From NCBI GenBank assembly GCA_964587755.1, contig CAZPMC010000001.1:53127-117126 (forward strand): 64,000 nucleotides of DNA, written 5' to 3'. Below are positions 56,779-64,000 of the stretch, in pieces (position 1 is the stretch's first letter; each line of letters opens with the position of its first letter). The DNA is from an uncultured Oscillospiraceae bacterium. Its GTDB lineage: Bacteria > Bacillota > Clostridia > Acetivibrionales > DTU013. Both the position numbers and the translations under genes were made by a program. The notes below the pieces were generated by a model that was given only the letters and a program-made list of their open reading frames with translations, was not told where the DNA came from and made no database searches.

Positions 56779-58146
56779 TTATATTCCTCCCGGAGCAATA
56801 ATATCATTTAAGTCAGAAAACTGCTTGCCCTTTGAAATGAGTATCACACTATCTCCCGATTTAATAGTATCATTTCCATGAGGAATAATTATTTCGCTCC
56901 CTCTCACTACTGCAGCAACAAGAACACCCTTTTGCAGCTTTAAATCTTTAAGAGGAATGTTTAAAAATTTCGTCGATTCTGTCGCATGAAATTCCGTAGC
57001 TTCCGCTTTTCCGCCTATTATTCTGTACAGAGCTTCAACCGGGTTTCCCAAAGCATTTTTTAATCCCCTGACATATCTTGTTATATGGTTGGCTGTTATA
57101 ACCTTGGGACTGACTACACTGTCAATCCCCAGATTATTAATCACACTGGAATAATTAATCCTGTTTATCTTTGCAATCACCTTGCTAACTCCGCTTTGCT
57201 TTGCCAATAATGCCGACATAAGATTCTCTTCATCTCGTCCTGTAAGAGATACGAAAGCATCCATTTCACTTAAGTTTTCAGAGTTTAGCAATGTCTCTTC
57301 AGAACCGTCCCCATGAATTATTAATGTATTAGGAAGAAGCTCCGAAAGCTCTAAGCACTGGTTGTAGTCAATTTCGATGATTTTTGCCTTCATTTCGGTC
57401 TCTTCCAGATATTTTGCAAGGTAATAAGCTATTCTTCCACCGCCAACTATCATCACATTTTTTATTTTAGGGGTGTAGATGCCTATTTTTTTGCTAAAAT
57501 TAAGTACATTTGAAGGGCGTCCTATTATATATGTGGCATCATTTTCTTCAATCCTGAAATCACCGTTGGGTATAGTTACTTCATTATCCCTTAGAACTGC
57601 TCCTATCAGAACTGATGAGGATATCCTGTTTGATATTTCACTAAGCTTCATACCAACCACAGGCATACCCGGTGTAATCTTAATTTCAACAAGCTGAACC
57701 CGGCCTTTTGCAAAAGGCTCAACATCTGTAGCAGCCGGGAAGCTTAAAAGTTGAGCAATTTCAATGGCGGCTGTCTGTTCAGGATTGATTACCATATCAA
57801 GCTCCAGATCTTTTTTAAGCATAGATAGCTCACTGGCATACTCCTGATCCCTTATCCTGGCGATTGTATGTTTTGCACCCAGCTTTTTGGCTGTTAGGCA
57901 ACACACCATGTTCATTTCATCGCTTGTGGTAGCTGCAATAAGAAGGTCAGCTTCCTTTACTCCTGCCTCCAGCAATACTTTAGTGCTAACGCCATTTCCC
58001 CTGATACACATGACATCAAGATTTTCACTGGCTTTTTTAAGTGCCTCAGGATTTTTATCAACTATAGTCACATCATTGTTTTCTTTTGAAAGGTTCTCAG
58101 CCAGGCTATATCCTACTTTACCATCACCAATAATAATAATTTTCAT
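56779..58146 (-). CDS. trkA: TrkA potassium uptake NAD-binding subunit (two RCK_N/RCK_C units)
   Basis: ORF 56779..58164. Start MKIIIIGDGKVGYSL at 58146 follows RBS GGGAGA. Second MIVGGGRIAYYLA. Confidence 0.9.
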   Translation of the reverse strand: MKIIIIGDGKVGYSLAENLSKENNDVTIVDKNPEALKKASENLDVMCIRGNGVSTKVLLEAGVKEADLLIAATTSDEMNMVCCLTAKKLGAKHTIARIRDQEYASELSMLKKDLELDMVINPEQTAAIEIAQLLSFPAATDVEPFAKGRVQLVEIKITPGMPVVGMKLSEISNRISSSVLIGAVLRDNEVTIPNGDFRIEENDATYIIGRPSNVLNFSKKIGIYTPKIKNVMIVGGGRIAYYLAKYLEETEMKAKIIEIDYNQCLELSELLPNTLIIHGDGSEETLLNSENLSEMDAFVSLTGRDEENLMSALLAKQSGVSKVIAKINRINYSSVINNLGIDSVVSPKVITANHITRYVRGLKNALGNPVEALYRIIGGKAEATEFHATESTKFLNIPLKDLKLQKGVLVAAVVRGSEIIIPHGNDTIKSGDSVILISKGKQFSDLNDIIAPGGI

Positions 58147-58166
58147 TTTTATCTCCCATAACAAGC

Positions 58167-58203
58167 AAAAAAAAGACAGGGTTATTTATATATTCCCCAT
58201 CTA
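58167..58203 (-). terminator. Terminator-like hairpin plus U8 between the trkA promoter and the trkA RBS
   Basis: Minus strand AGAUGGGG-N13-CCCUGUCU (8 bp, two G-U) followed by UUUUUUUU. Confidence 0.45.
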
Positions 58204-58224
58204 ATACTATAATACTTTAAATGT

Positions 58225-58253
58225 ATTCTACTCCTATACTCAAATGGGGTCAA
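58225..58253 (-). promoter_or_regulatory. Candidate sigma-A promoter for trkAH
   Basis: TTGACC-17 nt-TAGAAT on the minus strand, in the 145-nt cdaR-trkA gap. Confidence 0.5.
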
Positions 58254-58291
58254 CATTATTTCTTATAGGATAAATAATGCTAATTACCCCT

Positions 58292-59554
58292 TCAACTAGG
58301 TGTTTCACCTTCACCCTCTTCAGGAGTTTTAGTCTTTGATATCTTGACATCTACATACACCTGCTGCAATAGCTTTAACTGTGGTGATACTGTCAGATTC
58401 AGCTTCAACTTATGGGTACCCTCTGATAAGCCGGCAACATCCACTGAGGGCTTTAAGTTATCAACCTTGATTTCGCTGATGTCAGCCTGTTTTCCTTTGA
58501 ATTTAAGAACATGGTTTTCCGTACTGATTTCATAAGTAAGTGAACCATCATTTGTAGCATTCAATATGGAAATTCTATCAGCAGGAACATCAATATCCCT
58601 GTAAATTAGCTTTTCCACGTTAATATTGACTTTTACCCCATCTGTGGAATCAACAAGCTTCACACCTTCAGGTACTAAAAGCGGCACTGTAGCTGAAAGG
58701 TTCTGGGTAAGCTCGTCAATATCAACTTCCTCAGTCTTAATACTTGAAATACCCGCCAATGTTTCCGCAGGACCTGTTACAAGGACCTCCGAAGGCTCAA
58801 TTACTCTTAATGTCTCAACATAGTCGGTGGCAAGTCTTCCTCTTGTGACAAGTGAAACAGGAACTTCCTTTGCAACCTCAAGCTTAACAGTTACCTTAAG
58901 ATCCTTACTCAACGCGCTTATTTCTTTTCCGTCTTTGTTGTATACGATACATTGTACTTCTTGTGTTATGTCTCTATCCAAATCCTTGATTTCAAGATCG
59001 GCTTTTATTGAGCCAACACTGTCAATCACCGAGCCTTCTGCATAGAAAGGAATAGATTCCGGTGATACGGTTGTTCCAATGAGTACATAGCCCGGCTTCA
59101 TGGTAATATTTGATTTGAGCTCTACAGGAAATGTTGCGCTTTTATTTTTGTCAAGCTGAATGTCAATACTGGACGGATAATAAGAAACAATGGTGACACC
59201 CTTATTTCTGCTCTCAGGCTCTCCAATTGCCAATTTTGTGTCATATACAGAATCTATCTGTGAATAATCCACATATACATCAAAATCATTTGTAGTAACA
59301 CCTTGGACTGCATCCCGGCGGCCTCTGATTGTAATATCCACAGTACTTCTATATGTGTTTTTTATTTTGTAACCGTTTTCTTCAAGAAAACTCTCATTCT
59401 CTATTCTGACAGGCACATTGTAAACTGTCCTGGTCTCAAACGGGTTTGTAACATTAGTTACATAGAGCCAAAATATAATGGCAAGCAAAACAGATACTAT
59501 TTTAGTTTTTATATTGTTTTTCAGAAAATCATTCACTTGGTTTTCACCCTCCAC
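58292..59554 (-). CDS. cdaR: CdaR (YbbR-domain) regulator of diadenylate cyclase
   Basis: 420 aa. N-terminal TM, then repeated YbbR-like beta domains. Overlaps the cdaA stop by 22 nt. Confidence 0.8.
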   Translation of the reverse strand: MEGENQVNDFLKNNIKTKIVSVLLAIIFWLYVTNVTNPFETRTVYNVPVRIENESFLEENGYKIKNTYRSTVDITIRGRRDAVQGVTTNDFDVYVDYSQIDSVYDTKLAIGEPESRNKGVTIVSYYPSSIDIQLDKNKSATFPVELKSNITMKPGYVLIGTTVSPESIPFYAEGSVIDSVGSIKADLEIKDLDRDITQEVQCIVYNKDGKEISALSKDLKVTVKLEVAKEVPVSLVTRGRLATDYVETLRVIEPSEVLVTGPAETLAGISSIKTEEVDIDELTQNLSATVPLLVPEGVKLVDSTDGVKVNINVEKLIYRDIDVPADRISILNATNDGSLTYEISTENHVLKFKGKQADISEIKVDNLKPSVDVAGLSEGTHKLKLNLTVSPQLKLLQQVYVDVKISKTKTPEEGEGETPS

Positions 59555-60408
59555 AGCCCAATTCTTCTGCTGTTCGTTTCAGTGTCAAGTAGGTTCTTAT
59601 TAAGTGCCTTCCTTAGTGTATCTGAAGTAAGATTCCTTGTAAGCCCTCCATTGAGAGCAAATGAAATTTTCCCTGATTCCTCAGATACAACTATAGCTAT
59701 GGAATCTGATACTTCTGTTATTCCAAGAGCCGCCCTGTGCCTGGTGCCCAATTCCTTGCTAAGGTTTGGATTGTCTGTCAAAGGCAAAAAGCAGGCTGCA
59801 GCTTTTATTTTGTTGTCACGGATAATAATAGCTCCATCATGTAGTGGGGTATCAGGTACAAATATGTTTCTTATCAGCTCGCTGGAAACATGTGAATCAA
59901 GCTGAGTCCCTGTATTAATTATCTCACCGATTTTTGTATTTCTTTCAATGACAATCAAAGCACCTATGTATTTAGAAGATAAATCAACACAGGCCTTTAC
60001 TATTTCTTCAATTACAGCAGTTGTTTGAATCATTGCATCTGATTCATCGAATTGGAAGATGTCCTTAATACTGCTTCTGCCTATCTTCTCAAGCGCTCTT
60101 CTGAGCTCCGGCTGGAAAAGAACGATTGCTCCGATGGCTAATACAGACAGCACACCTTGAAGAATATAACTTATTGTTTTCAGACCTAAAATTTTACTTA
60201 TTTCCGTCGCCAGAATTATGAGTAGAATTCCCTTAATAAGCTGCCATGCACGGGTTTCCTTCACAAGAACAATTAGCTTGTACACCACCCATGAAACTAT
60301 GCTGATGTCAATGAGAGTCCTAATTATGCTCAAAGGGCTGCTAAGGCCTATATATCCGGCAAAATTGTTAAATAGATCTTTAAGATTTATGCTGTCCAAG
60401 AAATCCAA
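59533..60408 (-). CDS. cdaA: Diadenylate cyclase CdaA (c-di-AMP synthase)
   Basis: 291 aa, TTG start. Three N-terminal TM helices. DAC domain with PLHDGAIIIRD and LGTRHRAALGITE. Confidence 0.92.
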   Translation of the reverse strand: MDFLDSINLKDLFNNFAGYIGLSSPLSIIRTLIDISIVSWVVYKLIVLVKETRAWQLIKGILLIILATEISKILGLKTISYILQGVLSVLAIGAIVLFQPELRRALEKIGRSSIKDIFQFDESDAMIQTTAVIEEIVKACVDLSSKYIGALIVIERNTKIGEIINTGTQLDSHVSSELIRNIFVPDTPLHDGAIIIRDNKIKAAACFLPLTDNPNLSKELGTRHRAALGITEVSDSIAIVVSEESGKISFALNGGLTRNLTSDTLRKALNKNLLDTETNSRRIGLWRVKTK

Positions 60409-60550
60409 AAAGCCTCACACCCCTGTATTTAAGCCTTAAAATTTCACATTAACCTGCGAGTATAATGCATAATAGAATTATACCTTTTTTGTTCTATATA
60501 TGTAAGGTGTTTTTGAATATTTTTTGAATAAATATTAATATTATTTAGTA

Positions 60551-60652
60551 CTAACTTCCAAAAATAAGCGAATATGCCACATATCCCACAGATGTAAACA
60601 AAAACACCAAAACTGTTATCAATGCCACCAACTTTATCAGTTTTACATTCAT
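60551..60652 (-). CDS. Candidate 33-aa single-TM protein
   Basis: MNVKLIKLVALITVLVFLFTSVGYVAYSLIFGS* (C-terminal part of track ORF 60551..60736). RBS GGAGG lies 6 nt upstream. A TTGACA-18-TAAAAT promoter sits about 100 nt upstream. Confidence 0.4.
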   Translation of the reverse strand: MNVKLIKLVALITVLVFLFTSVGYVAYSLIFGS

Positions 60653-60847
60653 AACGCCCCTCCAATGGATCAAGCCCTCTAATAATAAAGCTCCGGCATC
60701 CTGCGCCAAAGCCCGTTTGCAAAAGTACCTGATCACAAATTACCAATTTAATTTTACGATTAATTATCGCGCCTTGTCAAGTGGAGCCCTAGCTGCTATT
60801 TTTCTGCCAAGTTTTGCCCAAAATGTCGGTACCAGCATTCCCCTCAC

Positions 60848-62377
60848 TTATATCTTTGGTTGTAAGGCCAGCCCTTCCTCTGACAGAATATAAACCTTAT
60901 CGCACACCTCATTAAGATACTTCCGGTCATGTGAAATGCTGATAATAGTTCCCCCGAAGTTTTTTAGAGCTTGCCTTACGACAGGATTCGAAAGAGGGCT
61001 GAAGTTTCGTGTAGGCTCATCTAAAAGCAGTACATTTGCATTTCGTAGCACCATATCTAAAAATAATATTTTCGCCTTTTGCCCTCCGCTGAGATTTCCG
61101 ATTTTACCTGTCATCTCTTCATGAGTAAATCTCATACTCCCCATAAAGCTTCTTGCCCTTGTAATATCTTCCTTAGTATAATTATCGGCAAGAAATTCTA
61201 TTGGAGTTTTGTCATAGTCCAATATTTGTGCATAATCCTGGGGCATATACGCTATTATAATATCTTGCCGGTCTTTAAGCTCCTTTCTGACTCTTGACAA
61301 AAGCGTCGATTTCCCCGATCCGTTTTTACCGACAATACCAATATGCTCATTACCCATAACAATTAGCTGTATGTCACTTGACAGTATTCTGTCTCCAATC
61401 TTCAACTCCTTTAAGCTTATATTTAAAATAACCTTTGATTTGGGTACGTATATATCCTCACTGAATTTTGTAATAATCGCATCTTCAGTTTGCGGTATTT
61501 CCAGAAAATCTTCAGATTGCCTCTTAAGTCTTTTCTCCTGAGATTTAACCGATTTCATTTTCTTCTTAAGCAGTCTTCCCCCTGCCGGGTCTTGCCGGGA
61601 TATTACCCTTTGCTCATGCTCAACTCGGCTGTTTATTTGTCTCCATTTATCCATCTGCTTTTGGTAATCGCTGCGTTGCTTCTTGGCAACCTGCATCTGT
61701 TTTTCAAAGATAGCCGCTCTAAAGTCAATATACTCCCGAAAGCTTGAATGAGAGACGCTTATTCTAGGCTTAGTCTTTCGGATTAGCTGTTCAATGTGAA
61801 TAATGACGTTTGCAACATTTTCTATCATCATCTCATCATGAGACACAAATAAAACCGGCAACTTGGATTCCTTTATAAATCCTTCCAGCCATTCCAATGT
61901 TTCAATATCGAGATCGTTTGTCGGTTCATCAAGCAACAATATGTCAGGCTGCTCCATCAATATTTTTGCAAGCTGTATTTTTATTTTTTCACCGCCCGAC
62001 AGAGTCTTAATTATCCGATTCGACGATATAAACTCAGATGTAATTCCAAGCCGTGTCAAAAAGTCCCTAGGGATATCTCCATGAATAAACAGGTTCTTGT
62101 TTTCAAAATACTCTGCAACCGTAACATCTGAATAAATCGGATCCATCATTTGCGGAAGATAGGCGGTCTTTCCCTTTCTTATTATTTGACCGCTGTAGGT
62201 GCAGTAGTCTTCAATTAAGCTCTCATCATGAATCATTTTAAGAAGTGTGGATTTTCCGTTGCCTTCTTCACCAATGATAACAGCTTTATCTCCCTGGTTT
62301 AGCGTAAAGCTGAAATTGTCAATTATCTGCCTGCCATCCCTTGATAAGGTAATATTAATGTTTTTCAGCTCAAGCAT
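60848..62377 (-). CDS. ABC-F family ATPase (two ABC domains, no TMD; possible ribosome-protection/ARE type)
   Basis: 509 aa. GEEGNGKSTLL / LSGGEKIKIQLA / LLLDEPTNDLD, K/R/Q-rich inter-domain linker, [11 protein letters not shown] / LSGGQKAKILFL / LLLDEPTRNF. Confidence 0.85.
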   Translation of the reverse strand: MLELKNINITLSRDGRQIIDNFSFTLNQGDKAVIIGEEGNGKSTLLKMIHDESLIEDYCTYSGQIIRKGKTAYLPQMMDPIYSDVTVAEYFENKNLFIHGDIPRDFLTRLGITSEFISSNRIIKTLSGGEKIKIQLAKILMEQPDILLLDEPTNDLDIETLEWLEGFIKESKLPVLFVSHDEMMIENVANVIIHIEQLIRKTKPRISVSHSSFREYIDFRAAIFEKQMQVAKKQRSDYQKQMDKWRQINSRVEHEQRVISRQDPAGGRLLKKKMKSVKSQEKRLKRQSEDFLEIPQTEDAIITKFSEDIYVPKSKVILNISLKELKIGDRILSSDIQLIVMGNEHIGIVGKNGSGKSTLLSRVRKELKDRQDIIIAYMPQDYAQILDYDKTPIEFLADNYTKEDITRARSFMGSMRFTHEEMTGKIGNLSGGQKAKILFLDMVLRNANVLLLDEPTRNFSPLSNPVVRQALKNFGGTIISISHDRKYLNEVCDKVYILSEEGLALQPKI

Positions 62378-62390
62378 ATAATACCTCCTT

Positions 62391-62443
62391 AAAACAAAAC
62401 TCCATTTCCGAATCGCCAGGCCTGCAATTTTTCGAAAACGGAG
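62391..62443 (-). terminator. Strong intrinsic terminator: 3' end of the glnA-ANTAR unit and/or attenuator of the ABC-F gene
   Basis: Minus strand CTCCGTTTTCGAA-N18-TTCGGAAATGGAG (13 bp, two G-U) then TTTTGTTTT, immediately before RBS AAGGAGG of the ABC-F gene. Confidence 0.65.
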
Positions 62444-62458
62444 CTAAATATTCAACAT
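62444..62458 (-). promoter_or_regulatory. Candidate 4-codon leader uORF (MLNI*) abutting the terminator 5' arm
   Basis: ATG TTG AAT ATT TAG. A GGGA-rich SD-like stretch (GGAGAGGGACAGGGA) ends 5 nt upstream. The stop codon is directly adjacent to the hairpin. Confidence 0.3.
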
Positions 62459-62477
62459 AGTATTCCCTGTCCCTCTC

Positions 62478-63047
62478 CTAGTTTTCGTAGGTTTTAAGTA
62501 TCTCCTGAGCCACTGCCCTTTTGCTCATCCTCATGTCCATGGCTTTTCTTTCGATATATTTGTGGGCTTCGTTCTCACTCATATTATAATAGGATATCAA
62601 AATACATTTTGCCCGGTCAACTATGCGTATGTCTTCTATTTTTTGTATTAGCTTATCGTTTTCCTCCCTTATACTCATTAGCTTGTTGTGGGACGCCTTC
62701 GCAAGCTTTAATGCCGACCAGAAAAGGTTTTTGTTCACCGGCTTTGATACGGTAATTACACCATAATCCTCAACAGCATCAGAAACTTCATCGTAGTACT
62801 CTACGCTTACGAATAAAATCACCTGGCTTACTCCTTTAGAGGCAATATGTCTTGATAAACTCTCTCCCGTTTCATCGGGAAGAGGCGCATTAATAATATA
62901 CAAATCAAAATCACGTTCTATAAGCAGTCTCCTTGCCTCGCCACAAGTCGTTGCAGTGACAATTTGATCACAGGATACGGAGTGGAGCATATCTGTGAAA
63001 AAGGCTATGCTTTTAGCTGAGTACGATACGATTAAAGCACTTTTCAA
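62478..63047 (-). CDS. ANTAR-domain RNA-binding antiterminator with receiver-like N-domain (GlnR/NasT-like)
   Basis: 189 aa, TTG start follows RBS AGGAGG. C-terminal ANTAR IVDRAKCILISYYNMSENEAHKYIERKAMDMRMSKRAVAQEIL. Receiver-like region reads DLYIINAPLPDETG. Confidence 0.85.
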   Translation of the reverse strand: MKSALIVSYSAKSIAFFTDMLHSVSCDQIVTATTCGEARRLLIERDFDLYIINAPLPDETGESLSRHIASKGVSQVILFVSVEYYDEVSDAVEDYGVITVSKPVNKNLFWSALKLAKASHNKLMSIREENDKLIQKIEDIRIVDRAKCILISYYNMSENEAHKYIERKAMDMRMSKRAVAQEILKTYEN

Positions 63048-63069
63048 AGAAACTCCTCCTCCGCAAAAG

Positions 63070-64000
63070 CTATAATTTGTTGAAATATCTCGTTCTAAAG
63101 AAATCTTCCTTGTCTTTTGCCTTTGAAAACTCAGTAGCCTCTTCTGTTTTCAAGGTCAAGTATTTTGACAGCATTTCATCTCCAATGGTATTTCTCACAA
63201 AGCTGCTGTTTTTTGCAAGCTCTACTGCTTTGTCCATGTTCTCGGGCAGAGGTGTCAGCTTATTCGTTATACTCTCATCTGCATTGTACAAATCCGCATC
63301 AATAGATGGCTGCAAGGTCAGCTCATTACTAATACCTTCAAGTCCCGCATTGATAATAAGTGCAAATGCAAGATATGGATTAAGAACAGGGTCGGGTGAA
63401 CGAAGCTCCATCCTGAGCTTTTCTCCGAAAGCTGCCGGTATTCTCACAAGCTGCGAACGGTTTTTATGTGACCAGGATACATATCTGGGTGCCTCATTTT
63501 TACCCAAACGCTCATATGAATTGGCAATTGGATTTAAAAAGATGGTCATTTCAGGAGTTTTTTCTAAAATGCCCGCAATAAAGCTCTCCACAACCTTAGA
63601 TTGCTTAACACCACTTTCAAACATGTTATATCCATTTTGAGAAAGGGACATATTCACATGAAGTCCGCTTCCACTTTCATTTAAAATAGGCTTTGGCATA
63701 AAGGAAGCAAACAGTCCGTTTCGTGCGGCTATGGCTTTAACCGTAGATTTGAAAGTTAAAAAGTTATCGGCAGCTTCTAATATATCACTGTATTTAAAAG
63801 ATATTTCGTTTTGCCCCGGTCCCCGTTCATGATGGGAAGTTTGCGGCTTTATTCCCATTTCTTGAAGACATAAGCATATTTCTCGTCTGATGTTTTCACC
63901 TTTATCAAGAGGAGAAATATCGAAATAGCTGCCGTTGTCTAATGTTTCAGTTGTAGGTTCTCCTTTTTCATCTGTCTTAAATAAATAAAATTCACATTCG
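63070..64000 (-). CDS. glnA: Glutamine synthetase, second paralog (C-terminal ~310 codons; 5' end beyond the window)
   Basis: Track ORF 63070..63858 starts at an internal Met. The frame stays open to position 63999 (ECEFYLFKTDEKGEPT...GSYFDISPLDKGENIRREICLCLQEMG). Motifs SHHERGPGQNEISFKY, GSGLHVNMSL, NRSQLVRIP. Confidence 0.9.
   Translation of the reverse strand, partial: ECEFYLFKTDEKGEPTTETLDNGSYFDISPLDKGENIRREICLCLQEMGIKPQTSHHERGPGQNEISFKYSDILEAADNFLTFKSTVKAIAARNGLFASFMPKPILNESGSGLHVNMSLSQNGYNMFESGVKQSKVVESFIAGILEKTPEMTIFLNPIANSYERLGKNEAPRYVSWSHKNRSQLVRIPAAFGEKLRMELRSPDPVLNPYLAFALIINAGLEGISNELTLQPSIDADLYNADESITNKLTPLPENMDKAVELAKNSSFVRNTIGDEMLSKYLTLKTEEATEFSKAKDKEDFFRTRYFNKL

Noticed and set aside
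56129-56881. Plus ORFs 56129..56431 and 56438..56881
   Set aside because: They are antisense to trkH/trkA.
58147-58291. c-di-AMP (ydaO/kimA) riboswitch in front of trkA
   Set aside because: The leader is only ~70 nt and lacks the pseudo-two-fold ACGGGGA/CCCA-type conserved segments.
59303-59905. 200-aa plus ORF spanning the cdaR/cdaA junction
   Set aside because: It is antisense to two genes with strong family motifs.
63077-63640. 187-aa plus ORF
   Set aside because: It is antisense to the second glutamine synthetase.
1-64000. Mobile elements, prophage, CRISPR-Cas, restriction-modification or toxin-antitoxin modules
   Set aside because: I recognised no transposase, integrase, recombinase, Cas, methylase-endonuclease pair or phage structural genes in any frame. 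tRNA-Ala is not flanked by an integrase or by a repeat of its 3' end.

Overview
This is a chromosomal, mostly housekeeping segment of a low-GC Gram-positive anaerobe. It looks Clostridia-like by gene content and leader RNAs: T-box, L-box, cdaA-cdaR, comEA, feoAB, and split TSUP and ChrA pairs. It holds about 60 protein genes, one tRNA-Ala(GGC), one lysine riboswitch, one Thr T-box and several clear intrinsic terminators. I saw no CRISPR array, transposase, integrase, phage or restriction genes, so there is no obvious mobile or classical defence island. Seven things stand out. (i) A GT-B-like protein, an SDR and a serine-palmitoyltransferase-like alpha-oxoamine synthase sit next to fabI, which may be a long-chain-base/aminolipid module in a Firmicute. 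(ii) A ~420-bp GC-rich spacer without a credible ORF follows it and carries two families of degenerate direct repeats. (iii) A membrane-anchored 1649-aa alpha-2-macroglobulin-like protein, apparently without a thioester motif, is co-operonic with a Memo-like lipoprotein. A MurA with Asp at the fosfomycin-target Cys position follows. (iv) A 4-codon uORF plus terminator precedes an ABC-F ATPase, directly downstream of a glnA-ANTAR pair. (v) cdaA-cdaR is followed by trkA-trkH, with a terminator-like hairpin inside the trkA leader. (vi) An uncharacterised operon (mini PEP-utilising-N-like protein plus tandem HD protein) lies beside a PP2C-TM-LysM protein. (vii) A nucleobase permease leader has terminator/antiterminator logic but no aptamer I can recognise. 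Two decayed genes are also present. All calls come from my own reading of the translated ORFs and the nucleotide sequence. No database search was run. Coordinates of small RNA elements are hand-counted and may be off by 1-2 nt.
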